Positions 11,799 to 22,819 of a stretch of DNA of 64,000 nucleotides are shown here, one piece after another (within the stretch, counting starts at the first letter, position 1; every line of letters starts with the position of its first letter). A model generated the notes under the pieces. That model did no database searches. It was not told where the DNA came from and saw nothing but the letters and a program-made list of their open reading frames with translations. The stretch is from Escherichia coli. GTDB lineage: Bacteria; Pseudomonadota; Gammaproteobacteria; Enterobacterales; Enterobacteriaceae. Position numbers and translations under genes: made by a program. The stretch lies in the NCBI RefSeq assembly GCF_011045215.1, contig NZ_CP049201.1; one strand, written 5' to 3'.

Positions 11799-12380
11799 TT
11801 AACCCTCCTTCATTAATAAATGATTTCTGAAAATCAAAAAGGACCACACATCACAAAACATTATTTGAAATCATCATCAAAAAACTATAAATATATCACC
11901 TGACGATTTGAACACACTGACAAAAAACCAGGCATGGTAATAAACCGAACTCCCCACAAACTTCTGTTGCCTCAGATACCACAGCCACTTTCCTCAGGTA
12001 TAAATGTTGTTCCATAACGAACCAGCCCTGTATCGTTAAATCCTGCCTCAGTGACATAATGTAACTCACCAGACTGAGTCTTCGCCTACATCATCATTTC
12101 AATACGCTTAATACATTATTCATAATATCCAGAATTTCCTATAGAATATTTACTTTGCTATATCAGTCGGTCCATAATCAGGCAAATCATTAATGCTTCC
12201 TGACTGAATATTTAAAATGCGTCACATGTTATCAAAAATTTAAAGAATACCCTATTCTTCTTCATTGGCCGGATTTAGCTCAATCTTGTCAACAAAACTA
12301 ATATAAAGCCGTTCATAAAGAGAAGGATGTAGCTTCGTTATTTATCTTTTACATGTAACAGTACCAGGGGATATTCCGCA

Positions 12381-12453
12381 CATCTCTGTGGCTATCATCC
12401 CCACCACATCGCCGGTGGCAGCACCTGCGGCACCAGCAAGAACGTTATTTCCC
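12381..12453 (-). other. Remnant of cdiA pretoxin-region sequence (second, degenerate orphan module)
   Basis: 73 bp about 89% identical to cdiA 14621-14693; encodes ...GNNVLAGAAGAATGDVVGMIAT then diverges and stops after about 15 codons. Confidence 0.7.
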
Positions 12454-12467
12454 AATGTCCGGATTAC

Positions 12468-12728
12468 TCAGGATCCTGACGAGGGCGTTTTTCGAGCCTT
12501 GCGTTCGTCCAATTTGGTGAAGATCCACGATCTAAATGCTGCTGCAGTTCCAACAATAACACTAGCAACTAAAATATTTTCAAGATCTGATTGCTTAATA
12601 TTCACTTCATGGCTAATAACAAACTTAACTACTATCAGAGTCAAGGAGAAGAATATTAAGCAGCAGAAAATCATGTACATAATACTTAGGAGCAGTAAAC
12701 CTACAGTAGCTTTATTTTTTCGTTCCAT
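12468..12728 (-). CDS. Orphan CdiI-type immunity protein (small two-TM membrane protein)
   Basis: 86 aa, two hydrophobic helices, overlaps the end of the orphan toxin ORF by 17 bp; position directly after a VENN-toxin module. Confidence 0.55.
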   Translation of the reverse strand: MERKNKATVGLLLLSIMYMIFCCLIFFSLTLIVVKFVISHEVNIKQSDLENILVASVIVGTAAAFRSWIFTKLDERKARKTPSSGS

Positions 12729-13314
12729 TTATCTCATCTTTAACTGCATTGCTGATAAATTCACCACCTATAGCACCAATAATATCACCTGAAGGCACTG
12801 AACCTGGACCTAAAACAGGGCTAAATACCGGCGGTGCAACTACTCCAACTACAGTACCGAATACCCAACCAGCTCCCGTACCAGCTAAAGCACCTTTATC
12901 TGGTCCATCAATAAATAGAGTTCCACCTGCCGCTATCCCTGCGTTCTGCCATATATTTCGACCTGGAGCCAGCGCTCCAGTAATGCCTGCCGAGGCACTT
13001 CCCCAGTAATCCCAGCTCTTGTTTTCATTGCCTGGTTTGCTCAAGTCGTACCACTGATACGTACCATTGGCAATGGCTGAGATGACTGCGCCACTGACTA
13101 CTTTACCTGTTGATGCTGCAGGTCCTAAATACCAGGCACCTGCAATCAATACGCCATCTTTATAGCCATCAACTATCACTTTACTTATATTGGCACCTTC
13201 AGGTAACTCACCTTTGGCAAGTTTATCCAGTCCTGCCTGCTTCTGTTCCGGGGTGAGATTATTGGCATCAGCATACTGATTCCATGAGGAAACCGCCTGA
13301 CCATAACTCACCAT
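12712..13314 (-). CDS. Orphan CdiA C-terminal toxin module (glycine-rich, membrane-active type)
   Basis: Reading frame opens just after the main cdiI stop; in-frame VVVENN (VENN at 13336-13347) precedes the first ATG (13314); Gly/Ala-rich hydrophobic segments as in the main CdiA-CT. Confidence 0.65.
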   Translation of the reverse strand: MVSYGQAVSSWNQYADANNLTPEQKQAGLDKLAKGELPEGANISKVIVDGYKDGVLIAGAWYLGPAASTGKVVSGAVISAIANGTYQWYDLSKPGNENKSWDYWGSASAGITGALAPGRNIWQNAGIAAGGTLFIDGPDKGALAGTGAGWVFGTVVGVVAPPVFSPVLGPGSVPSGDIIGAIGGEFISNAVKDEINGTKK

Positions 13315-13352
13315 TCCTGATGGCAGACTGAGCGCATTATTCTCAACAACAA

Positions 13353-13571
13353 CTATTTACGATAGTATCTTCGCATTTGTAGATAGAGTTGTAACCAAAT
13401 CCCAGCACCTCCCCATAAGCCAACTACTGCGCCAATTATTCCGTATTTTACATACACCTCAGAAGGTATTGGTTCCCGAGCTATAAACCAGATACTAACC
13501 ACTATTCCAATAGAGCAAGTAGCTATAGATATAAGTAACAACTTAATAAGAAGTAGTAGATGTTTTTTCAT
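13353..13571 (-). CDS. cdiI: CdiI immunity protein (72 aa, two TM helices)
   Basis: Start overlaps the cdiA stop (ATGA at 13568-13571); hydrophobic two-helix protein. Confidence 0.7.
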   Translation of the reverse strand: MKKHLLLLIKLLLISIATCSIGIVVSIWFIAREPIPSEVYVKYGIIGAVVGLWGGAGIWLQLYLQMRRYYRK

Positions 13572-16500
13572 TTTTTGTCTCCATCAACTTCTTTTTGCGT
13601 TGCGCTGCTTGCACCTTCTGATACGAATGAACCAACAAATCCACCAAATGTTCCTGGTATAGAACTCATTTGGCCGCCTTGATACATACCGTATCCGATA
13701 GACTTTTCCGAATATTGCAGTGAATATTTACTGGCGTCCATTCCCAGTTGATTTTTGATGTATTGAGCTTCTAACTTATTAGTAATTGAAGCGCCAATGT
13801 TATAGCCAAGGCCTGTACCAGCCATGCTACCCACTACTGATGCGGTACTGTCCTGGCCTTCAATCTGGCTGCTCATGTAAGCGCTACCGGCACCCAACAA
13901 CTGGTTAGCGTAATATCCTTTCCCGGCTGTACCTACACCAGTCAAGCCTGACATCATGAAACTGAGATAATCGAACTTATCACCGATATTTCCCGTACCA
14001 ATTTGTACCGCACCATTAGCCCCATAGCTCAGCCCGGCACTAACAAATTTTTCCGTCAGCGTGGCTGATGACGTTAACAACGAACCCGCTCCGGCAACCG
14101 TACCCCAGTAATTTTCCGGTTCCCCGAAGAAAGCCAGAGCCCTGTCACCCTTCGACGTATTACTGTTCAGATAATTCAGGTCGTAGCTGTTGCCTTCAGC
14201 CACGTAATCCTTCACCTCCTGATTAGTCAGTGAACCATACAGCCAGCTAGGTCGGCCCGCCGCGCTGAGCCCGCCCTCAATATTCCATTTATCTTCCCCG
14301 GACAGAGCCGTCAGAGGATCTGCGGCCACATCAATGTGTAATTTCTGTCGGTTCTCTGCGCTTAATACAGCATATTTATTCTGAATATCGCCGCAGTCTC
14401 CACCCGCTTTACGACAGGCCGTCATTTCTCTGTCAAAAGCATGCGCCTCGTCGTAGCTGAGGTAGTTATTCTCAACTGTTGTCTTACCTGACTGTGCGCC
14501 GGCTACCGCTGAAGCCCCCGAGTCGCCCACCAGACCACCGGCCAGGCCGGCAGCAACCGTTGCCAGCGTGGAGACCGTCTGTTTCTCTGTCTCACTCAGT
14601 TCACTCACCGGTTTATCGTACATCTGTGTGGCTATCATTCCCACCACCTCGCCGGTGGCTGCACCTGCAGCACCGGCAAGAGCATTATTTCCCTGTGCCA
14701 GAGACAGTGCGGCATTCACCACGGCATGGGCGGCCACATTTGCAGCCTTATTCACCTCACCTGTAACCGGGTCTGTGGTCATGGTTTTCACCACTTCAGC
14801 CAGATACGGTGCTGCACCACCTGCCAGGGCTGCACTCAGATTACCGCCGGCCAGCCCCTGTACTGCTGCCGTTGCGGCCTGTATCGCCTGCTGGTATTTG
14901 CCTCCCGTTCCAAAACCGGAGGCCGCCATACCGTTATTGTAAGCCCGCTGTGCCACATCCTGTTCCGTGAACGGTTTTCCTGCTGCCTCAAGCTCTGCAC
15001 GGGCCTGATTCAGTGCTGCCGGGTCCCGTTTCGCTTTCTCACCGGCTATCTGTCCTTCCGTTCTGGCAATATCTGCCACCTGGTTACCAATCTCACCAAT
15101 GAGTTGCGCCTGCTGCAACCGCTGCTGCTCTTTTTCCCTGTCAAAGATGGGGGACAGCGTCTGGTTTGCATGCGCAACGTCACGGTTCAGGTCTGCCACA
15201 TCCTGTTTCTGGCTCTGTGTATCCCGGATAGTGATATTCCCGGCAGACACAGCCGACTGCGTGGTACTGTCCGCATGGCCTTCATGATTTGCACCGACCA
15301 GCAGATTGTTTGCCATGTTCCCCAGGAAATTTCCGGCAACACTGCCACCGGTACTGAGCCCTGCACTCTGATGTTCCGTTTTAAAGTCAGCCCGGTTTTC
15401 AGTGTCACTGAAGCCCAGTGTGCCGGTATCCAGCCTGTTTTTATCTGCCGTTGCCGTGGACGCAATCACCGCACCGTTCAGTTGTGTATGCTGTCCGGTC
15501 GTGACATCAAACCCGCCCCTGCCGGCAAAAATCCCTGTCTGCTCCTGCACACTGTCGTGGTTACTGTGCATTTTATCCCGGCTGAGGCTCACACTCGCCG
15601 AACCGCTCATGGACCCGAAAGTGAAGCTGCCTCCGGCGCTGGCATTCTGCTGTTTACTGTCATAATGGTCACTGTCCTGCTCACTGGTCAGTGTCAGATG
15701 GCGACCGGCATCCACTTTCACGGTTTCTCCACTGGCCTGCGCCCCGGTAAGTGTGGTGTCACGCCCACTGATAATGGTCAGCTGTTTTCCCGCATCCACC
15801 GTGGTTTCTGTATGGGTGGTACCGTTGCCTTTTTCACTGCCCTTACCCTGGTTTGCGCTGGCTGACAGACTGAAACCAGGCCCTCCGGGCCCCACACCGA
15901 TACCGACACCCACGCTGCCACCACTGGATGTGTTCTTTCCTTCCAGCTTTGACGTGTTTTCTGCTGATACCAGATTCACGTCACGGTTTGCCTGCAGCAG
16001 AACGTTGTTCCCGGCCTTTATCTGACCGCCCTGTATCGTCAGGTCACCATCCACGCCCTTCACGCCGGAGCCGGTGGCCTGAATACTGAGGTTATTACCT
16101 GCGGTCAGTGTACTGCCCTTCGCCACCGTCTGCTCTGACTGCTGTTCTGATTTCGAAGACTGGCTGCCGTAAGAGAGGCTGATACCCACGGTATTGTTAT
16201 TCTCTTTCTGGTTGCCCTGTGCTTCTGCCAGTCGTCCGGCCTGCACGGCCTGAGCCCCCGAGAGCGCGGCCTTCACCCCCTGCAGGGCTTCAAGCCGGCT
16301 GTTTCCGGCAGATTTCGCCGCCTGTACGGTCTCCACCGTCGTGTTCAGGGCGCTGCCCGCTGTGCCGGACAGGGCAAGCGTCAGACCGGAGGTTTTCTGC
16401 TCCACCGTATGTGTCTGCACATGCCGGTCAGTGGCGGCGGTAATGCTGACCTCCTTACCACTGAGTGCCATGTCCCTGCCGGCAATCAGGTCAGAGCCGT

Positions 16501-19500
16501 TGACGGTCAACCGGTTACCTGCCTGAAGGGAAACATCACCGTGAACACTCCCCACCGTGCTGCCTTTCTGCGTGGTGTCTGTTGCGGTGTCCGTGACCTT
16601 CAGACTCTGGCTGCCCACGCTGAATCCCACACCTCCGGAGCTCATCAGTCCGGATTTTTTCTCCTGTTTCAGGTGTGTTTCACGGTTGCTTTCTGTCAGC
16701 GTTCCGATACTCAGGTTATTTCCGGCAGCCAGGGAGACACGGTTATCCCCGGCCACACTGCTGCCCGTGACGTTCAGATTATGTCCGGCACCGATACTGA
16801 CCGTATCCCCGTTCAGTTCACTGCCCGTCATGGTCCGGCGGTCAGTGACATCATGCGTGGTAGTGGTGGTTTTCGATAACATCCCGCTGTTGCCGGTCAC
16901 TTTATGGTATTCATCCAGCGAGCGGGTATTCTGTGCACCGGTCAGCGTCACGTCATGACCCGCCATCAGGGCCAGGCCTTTCTGAGCTGACAGCAATGCC
17001 GCCTGTGACGTCATATCCCGTCCGGCGGTCAGCGTGACATCACCGTTACCGGCAAGCGTGCTGCCCGTACTCTGTGTGACGCCCTGCGACAGACGATTAT
17101 TTTTATCCCAGATAATATTGTCCTGCGCGGATGTGGTCACTGTGGAGAATGTCATATCCCTGCCGGCACTGAGTTGCGTCAGACTGTCCTTACCCTGGTT
17201 CACCACCGTTGCTGCCGTCAGGTTTATGTCCCGTCCGGCCTGCAGCACCAGTCTGCCCTGGTCATTCTGCACATATACGCCAGCCACACTGTCGATGCTG
17301 GTACGTTCAAAATGGTTCTGTCCGGCGTCACTCTGTGCCGTACGGGTGGTGGTGGTCAGACTGATATCCCGTCCGGCCATCGCCAGCAGGCTGTCCGTGG
17401 CCTGCAGCAGCCCGCCGGTACTGTTAATATCCGTCCGGGCCGTCAGGCTGACATTTGCTCCCTGAATGGTGCCGGCCTGGTTGTGAATGTTTTCTGCACT
17501 GAGCTGCACGGCCTGCTTCCCGGCCAGTTTACCGCTGTTAAACAGGTCACCATCCAGCTTCATCACCATGTCCCTGCCGGCAATCAGCGCACCGGCACTG
17601 TTCACATCACCGGGTTTTACACGGGCATACACCTGAGGTACCTGAACCGTCTGCGTGCTGCCGTCCGGCAGTGTCACCGTGGTGTTAACCAGCCAGACAA
17701 TATCACCGGTCAGTAACGCCATCTGCTCAGCAGTCAGCGCCACACCTGGTGTCAGGTTGTATTGCTTACCAAATGCAATACCCGCATCCATTAACGCCTT
17801 AAACTGCTCTTCATCATTACTGTATCCGTCCAGGTACCGTTGCCCGGTCAGAGCGACAACCTGCTCACGAATCAGACGCTGTTCGTAAAAACCATCCCCC
17901 AGGCGTTTGAGCATGTTATCCCCGTTCTGAGAAAACGCCTTCTGCATGTAATCACTGCCCAGCCACGTCTTCTGGTTCGTAAAACGCGGGTCCGTTTCAA
18001 CCAGATATGGCACATTCACTGCCGGATTTGTTTTAAACAGGCTGCTGTCCGGCAGACGGGTATCCGGCCCGGCAACATGGATACTGCCCTGAGGTGCGCT
18101 GACTTCAAACTGCTGCCCCGGCAACAGAATGACCGGTTCACCGGCTGACACCACCGGGCGAAGCGGTATCCGGTCAGTAACGGCTACTGTCGCATCCACA
18201 TTTCCGGTCAGTCCTGTCTGTACATCCGTTCCCTGTGGCTTCAGGGGAGAAAGCGTGACCTGGCTGCCCTGAACCTGTCCGTGGCTGGTGAGCTCTCCCG
18301 GCTTCAGCGTGATGGTCTGAATGACGGGGGGCGGCTCGTAAGGGGAAATTCTTTCCCCCTGCCTGTCATTTTTATTTTTTCTTTTTATCCGGTAATAATA
18401 TGTGGATGTCCCTTTATCAGTAACATGGCGCTCTCCGCTGACACTGACGTTTTCCACATCACCGGCCTGCATATCCAGCAGACCACCTGCAACCACCTGG
18501 CTCTTGTCATTAAGCAGTTTGTCTGCCACAACCGTCATGCCGGCACCGGACAGTATTTTCCCCGGGTCGGAGTCTTTTACCCGGGTTTCCTCCACGGTAC
18601 GGGTGTATTCATATTTTGTGAACCGGTCGTTGTTATGTCCGGTATCATCCGGCGTGTTCAGGTTCAGCAGTCCATCAGAGGAGTTGTTATCAATGAACAC
18701 CCCCTCATCTTTTGCATTCCAGCGGACATCTGACCCGCGATGCTGATACTCAGTCACCTTTTCCGTGGAAACCACCACGCGCTCCGTGGTGAAATGGTCA
18801 TTGACGTTATTGATTTGTCCGGCACTCAGTACCAGATATCCGGCGGCTTCAATAGTGGCACTGTGATTATTCAGTACACCGGTTTTACCTGTGGCGGTGC
18901 CATTCGCATCCAGCGTGCCACCGATATGCATATCACCTGCACTGTAAATCAGGCTGTGCGTCCGGTTATTCAGGGTCTGTACCCCCAAGTCCACACGCTC
19001 ACGCCCGGCCAGCGTCGCCGCCACGCCATTTTCTTCCAGATTATTAAATGTGGCAGCACTGACACCAACAGCATCGCCGTAGATTCGCCCGGTACCGGAA
19101 TTCGTCAGGGTGTTCGCCTGAAGATGCGTATATTTCCCGTCAATCAGCCCACGGTTCAGCAGTGTGTCCGTCACGTTAAGCCAGGTCTGCCCGGCACTGA
19201 TTTCACCTTTCCCGGTGTTTTCAAGGCGGATGCTGTTCAGGTCAAGTCGGCTGCCTGCCAGCAGGCTGCCGGTATTAGAGACATCGCCATTAACGGAAAG
19301 CGTAAGGTTTCCGTTCGCAATAGTCTGACCACTGTTACTGAACGCTGTGTTACTTTTCAGCGTTATATCGCCCGGGGAAAGCAGTTTCCCGTCACCACCG
19401 AGCTGACCGGCATCCACAGAGACTGACTGCCCGGCCTTAACCACACCGTCACGGTTCGAAAACGCCAGCTGACGGCCACTGACAGACAATGTCGCGCCGG

Positions 19501-22500
19501 AAGAGAGCACGCCATCATTATTACTGAGCGTCCTGTCTGCCATAACCGTAAGCGCCCTGTCTGCCAGAATACTGCCCTCCTGGTTATCAAGGTCCTGCGT
19601 CGTGATGTGTATTGTCTGCGCTTCCAGCCCCTGGCCGGTATTCTGCGTGTGGCGATTGATAAACTGCAGGGCGTTCAGCGTAATGGCAGAACCACTGCGA
19701 ATCAGACCAGAGACGTTGTCCACAACGCCCCGTACACTGTCGAACAGAATGTCGCCCACAGACTGTATCTGTCCGTGGCTGTTCTGCAGGCCTCCCGTAT
19801 GCAGACGGAGTTCACCTTCACTGACCAGCCGGCCACCCTCACGGTTATCCAGCGAGGTGGTGCTCAGGTCAGCTGTCGTTTTCGCCCCCACGGTCCCGCC
19901 CCGGTTATCCATTGCTCCGGTACTGACAGTCAGTTCCTGCAGGCTGTTCAGCGTACCCCCTCTGTTATCCAGCGTCCGGCCTGCGCTATTAATGCTGATG
20001 CCTTTCCCCTGAATAAGACCGGACTGATTGTTCAGCGCCAGACTGTTCCGGCCGGGCAGACCGGTCGCCACAATCTGACCATTCGCCACCACCTGACCGG
20101 ATGTATTGTTAACCACGCCTGCAGTCAGGGACAGCGCATCTCCCGACAAAAGCACACCGGCAGTGCTGTCCAGTGTGCCGGCATTCAGCGTCATCGGGCC
20201 CTGACTGATAACCCCGCCCCGGTCACCACTGTTACGGTTGCTCAGTGTGTCAGCACGGAGATTCAGTGTGGCACCGCTCTGTATCAGACCACCTGCATCA
20301 TTGCTGATATCCGTCGAGGAAAGGGTCAGTGACTGCTGTGCCACCAGTCTGCCGCCCTGATTATCAGAGCGGGTGACATCCAGCCTGCTGTTACCGTTGC
20401 TGACCACCGTCCCCTGCTGATTTTCCAGCACATTCAGGTGCGCATTCAGGTCCCCGCCGGCGGCAAGCGTCCCTTCCTGATTACTGACATCGCCACCACT
20501 CAGCAACATATCCGTCCCGGCCTTCAGTGCGCCTTTCTGGTTCATCAGCGTACCTGACGATATCTGTAATGACGCCTGACTCCCCAGCACGCCCTGACGG
20601 TTATCGAGCGTTCCGGCGTTCAGGGTCATATCCTTCTGACCCGCCATAAATCCCTGCTGGTTATTCAGCATACCGGCCCGTACTGTCAGGGTACCGGCGC
20701 TGCTGATACCACCCCGTGTTTTCGTGTTCCGGTTACTGAGAACCCCGTCCTGTACATCCAGCGTCATGTCACTGCCGGACTGAATCAGACCATCATCAGA
20801 GACCAGTTCGCTGCCTGACACAGACAGCGTTTTCTGTGAAAGCAGTCTGCCGGACGTATTATCCAGCGCACCATCCAGCGTCACGGACAGCCCGTCAGAC
20901 ACCACCGTACCCTGGTGGTTATTCAGACTCCCTGCCGAAATATCCAGCCTGCCGGCGGACTCCATTCGTCCCTCAGTATTGCTGACAGCCTGCTGTGTTT
21001 TTATCCTGCCCGTTCCGGCAGCAGCTGAAATCAGTCCGTTGTCGTTATTCAGTGCCTGTGTATTAATCAGGATGTCACGGCTGGCAATCAGACTTCCCTG
21101 CTGGTTATCCACGGCGCCGGTTGTCCTCACCTGCAGACTACCTGACTGCGCCGCCTGCACTTTCCCCCTGCGATTATCAAGGCTCAGTGCATCCAGGCGC
21201 ACCGCGCCATTTGCCGCAAGCAGCCCTTCCCGGTTATCCACGCTTCCCGGCAGACTCAGCGAAAAATCCCCTGTTCCCGTCTGAATCAGACTGCCTTTAC
21301 GATTTGACAGGCTCTGTGCCGATATCTGCAGTGTGTCGGCATTTACCGTGCCACCATTATTGCTGAACTGCCCGGCAGTCCGGGCGGAAAGCGTACCGGC
21401 ACTCAGTTGTGCATTCTGTGTGGACAGATTTCCGCTGCCTGCATCCAGCTCAGTATGTTGTCCCTGTATCCGGCTGTTGCTTAAATCCAGCCCCTGCCCC
21501 TTCAGTTGCATGTCCCCACCGGACAGAACCTGTCCGTGTGCCGCCAGTTCGCCGGTGGTACTGACAGTCAGGTTGCCCGCTGCCGCCAGACGTCCGTCAT
21601 CTTTCACCCCGGCGGCCAGCAGACTCCGCTCACCGCCGGTCAGACGCGCTGTCTGAATCCGGGTGTTGCGGCGTGATGCCACAGAGCCTGTATGGGTGAA
21701 TGCACCATCACTCTGTATCTGCGTATCCTGCCCCGCATAAACAGAACCACTGTTATGCAGCTCCCGGGTTGTCGCCAGATGCACATCCGTTTTCGCACTG
21801 ATACTGCCACTGTTTTCAATACGTCCGTCAGCCGTCAGGGTAACCGCCCCTGCCTGCGCACCAATATGACCGGCGTTACGAACCCCCACCCCCGTTTCCG
21901 TACCGACAAGGCGAATTTTTCCGGCATACATTCCACCAAGGCTGGACACATCCAGCGCCACCTGTGGCTGCGAAGAGGCATCAGCGGCTTTTTTCTCAGT
22001 CTGCCCGTGTGCAATATCCACATTGTTACGTCCGGTGGTCACTTTCAGGTCCTGCGCCCAGATACCCGCATTAATCTTCACAGACCGGGCAATGATATCG
22101 GTATAATCCGTGCGCGAGGCATCCATCCCTTTGCCCGTAATCTGAATCTCACCACGTTCAACACTGAATCCGGTCAGACTGCCGTTTTTCATCTGAGGCT
22201 GCCCCGTGGTCAGCGTGGCCCGGTTCGCATTAATAAAACCGCACCCGTCGCAACTGATGCCGGCCGGGTTCGCAATCACCACCTGCGCCTTTTTCCCGGC
22301 AACCTCAACAAAACCGTTCAACTGGCTGGGATTGCGACTGTTCACTTCATTAAGAATGATTCGGGCCTCTCCCTTCGCCAGCCACGGGTTACCGGCAACC
22401 ATGCCGCCCAGTTGGGTCTGCACATTTTTATGCGAGTTATTCAGAATGACACCCTGATGACTGACATCAAACTGACTGTAAGTATTGTGCGATACCCCAC

Positions 22501-22804
22501 CTGCAGAAGGTGTCTGGATATTGACCTGAGGAATGCCGCTGGCTGTCTGCGTAATCGTGGGCTGCTGATGCCCCGGTGCGCCATGGTCTGCGACAATGCC
22601 TGCAGCACTGACAGAATGCACCATCCCCGAGGCCAGCCACAGGGAGAATGCAAGCGATGTGACACGGCAGATACGTTGCCTGCGTGGATATCCTGTACGG
22701 GAGGAGGGTGATGCACCGGCGCGACCGGAACGGGCAATATCTGCCACCACCATCAGCATTCCCCGGGCTTTGTTAAAAATAATGCGGTAACAATTTTTGT
22801 TCAT
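13568..22804 (-). CDS. cdiA: CdiA contact-dependent inhibition toxin / TpsA exoprotein (3078 aa)
   Basis: Extended signal peptide MNKNCYRIIFNKARGMLMVVADIARS, TPS domain, long filamentous-haemagglutinin repeat region, VENN motif at 14465-14476 followed by a 298-aa Gly-rich C-terminal toxin domain. Confidence 0.95.
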   Translation of the reverse strand: MNKNCYRIIFNKARGMLMVVADIARSGRAGASPSSRTGYPRRQRICRVTSLAFSLWLASGMVHSVSAAGIVADHGAPGHQQPTITQTASGIPQVNIQTPSAGGVSHNTYSQFDVSHQGVILNNSHKNVQTQLGGMVAGNPWLAKGEARIILNEVNSRNPSQLNGFVEVAGKKAQVVIANPAGISCDGCGFINANRATLTTGQPQMKNGSLTGFSVERGEIQITGKGMDASRTDYTDIIARSVKINAGIWAQDLKVTTGRNNVDIAHGQTEKKAADASSQPQVALDVSSLGGMYAGKIRLVGTETGVGVRNAGHIGAQAGAVTLTADGRIENSGSISAKTDVHLATTRELHNSGSVYAGQDTQIQSDGAFTHTGSVASRRNTRIQTARLTGGERSLLAAGVKDDGRLAAAGNLTVSTTGELAAHGQVLSGGDMQLKGQGLDLSNSRIQGQHTELDAGSGNLSTQNAQLSAGTLSARTAGQFSNNGGTVNADTLQISAQSLSNRKGSLIQTGTGDFSLSLPGSVDNREGLLAANGAVRLDALSLDNRRGKVQAAQSGSLQVRTTGAVDNQQGSLIASRDILINTQALNNDNGLISAAAGTGRIKTQQAVSNTEGRMESAGRLDISAGSLNNHQGTVVSDGLSVTLDGALDNTSGRLLSQKTLSVSGSELVSDDGLIQSGSDMTLDVQDGVLSNRNTKTRGGISSAGTLTVRAGMLNNQQGFMAGQKDMTLNAGTLDNRQGVLGSQASLQISSGTLMNQKGALKAGTDMLLSGGDVSNQEGTLAAGGDLNAHLNVLENQQGTVVSNGNSRLDVTRSDNQGGRLVAQQSLTLSSTDISNDAGGLIQSGATLNLRADTLSNRNSGDRGGVISQGPMTLNAGTLDSTAGVLLSGDALSLTAGVVNNTSGQVVANGQIVATGLPGRNSLALNNQSGLIQGKGISINSAGRTLDNRGGTLNSLQELTVSTGAMDNRGGTVGAKTTADLSTTSLDNREGGRLVSEGELRLHTGGLQNSHGQIQSVGDILFDSVRGVVDNVSGLIRSGSAITLNALQFINRHTQNTGQGLEAQTIHITTQDLDNQEGSILADRALTVMADRTLSNNDGVLSSGATLSVSGRQLAFSNRDGVVKAGQSVSVDAGQLGGDGKLLSPGDITLKSNTAFSNSGQTIANGNLTLSVNGDVSNTGSLLAGSRLDLNSIRLENTGKGEISAGQTWLNVTDTLLNRGLIDGKYTHLQANTLTNSGTGRIYGDAVGVSAATFNNLEENGVAATLAGRERVDLGVQTLNNRTHSLIYSAGDMHIGGTLDANGTATGKTGVLNNHSATIEAAGYLVLSAGQINNVNDHFTTERVVVSTEKVTEYQHRGSDVRWNAKDEGVFIDNNSSDGLLNLNTPDDTGHNNDRFTKYEYTRTVEETRVKDSDPGKILSGAGMTVVADKLLNDKSQVVAGGLLDMQAGDVENVSVSGERHVTDKGTSTYYYRIKRKNKNDRQGERISPYEPPPVIQTITLKPGELTSHGQVQGSQVTLSPLKPQGTDVQTGLTGNVDATVAVTDRIPLRPVVSAGEPVILLPGQQFEVSAPQGSIHVAGPDTRLPDSSLFKTNPAVNVPYLVETDPRFTNQKTWLGSDYMQKAFSQNGDNMLKRLGDGFYEQRLIREQVVALTGQRYLDGYSNDEEQFKALMDAGIAFGKQYNLTPGVALTAEQMALLTGDIVWLVNTTVTLPDGSTQTVQVPQVYARVKPGDVNSAGALIAGRDMVMKLDGDLFNSGKLAGKQAVQLSAENIHNQAGTIQGANVSLTARTDINSTGGLLQATDSLLAMAGRDISLTTTTRTAQSDAGQNHFERTSIDSVAGVYVQNDQGRLVLQAGRDINLTAATVVNQGKDSLTQLSAGRDMTFSTVTTSAQDNIIWDKNNRLSQGVTQSTGSTLAGNGDVTLTAGRDMTSQAALLSAQKGLALMAGHDVTLTGAQNTRSLDEYHKVTGNSGMLSKTTTTTHDVTDRRTMTGSELNGDTVSIGAGHNLNVTGSSVAGDNRVSLAAGNNLSIGTLTESNRETHLKQEKKSGLMSSGGVGFSVGSQSLKVTDTATDTTQKGSTVGSVHGDVSLQAGNRLTVNGSDLIAGRDMALSGKEVSITAATDRHVQTHTVEQKTSGLTLALSGTAGSALNTTVETVQAAKSAGNSRLEALQGVKAALSGAQAVQAGRLAEAQGNQKENNNTVGISLSYGSQSSKSEQQSEQTVAKGSTLTAGNNLSIQATGSGVKGVDGDLTIQGGQIKAGNNVLLQANRDVNLVSAENTSKLEGKNTSSGGSVGVGIGVGPGGPGFSLSASANQGKGSEKGNGTTHTETTVDAGKQLTIISGRDTTLTGAQASGETVKVDAGRHLTLTSEQDSDHYDSKQQNASAGGSFTFGSMSGSASVSLSRDKMHSNHDSVQEQTGIFAGRGGFDVTTGQHTQLNGAVIASTATADKNRLDTGTLGFSDTENRADFKTEHQSAGLSTGGSVAGNFLGNMANNLLVGANHEGHADSTTQSAVSAGNITIRDTQSQKQDVADLNRDVAHANQTLSPIFDREKEQQRLQQAQLIGEIGNQVADIARTEGQIAGEKAKRDPAALNQARAELEAAGKPFTEQDVAQRAYNNGMAASGFGTGGKYQQAIQAATAAVQGLAGGNLSAALAGGAAPYLAEVVKTMTTDPVTGEVNKAANVAAHAVVNAALSLAQGNNALAGAAGAATGEVVGMIATQMYDKPVSELSETEKQTVSTLATVAAGLAGGLVGDSGASAVAGAQSGKTTVENNYLSYDEAHAFDREMTACRKAGGDCGDIQNKYAVLSAENRQKLHIDVAADPLTALSGEDKWNIEGGLSAAGRPSWLYGSLTNQEVKDYVAEGNSYDLNYLNSNTSKGDRALAFFGEPENYWGTVAGAGSLLTSSATLTEKFVSAGLSYGANGAVQIGTGNIGDKFDYLSFMMSGLTGVGTAGKGYYANQLLGAGSAYMSSQIEGQDSTASVVGSMAGTGLGYNIGASITNKLEAQYIKNQLGMDASKYSLQYSEKSIGYGMYQGGQMSSIPGTFGGFVGSFVSEGASSATQKEVDGDKK

Positions 22805-22819
22805 TCTGATAAACCTGAC

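Noticed and set aside
12388-12792. Plus-strand ORF of 134 aa
   Set aside because: Antisense to the orphan cdiI/toxin genes; its N-terminus is the reverse reading of the cdiA pretoxin remnant.
14479-22711. Numerous plus-strand ORFs of up to 379 aa inside the cdiA region (e.g. 14726-15865, 18740-19426, 21692-22711)
   Set aside because: All lie antisense to the long, well-supported cdiA frame and are Arg/Cys/Pro-rich with no motifs; typical shadow ORFs of a GC-rich repetitive gene.
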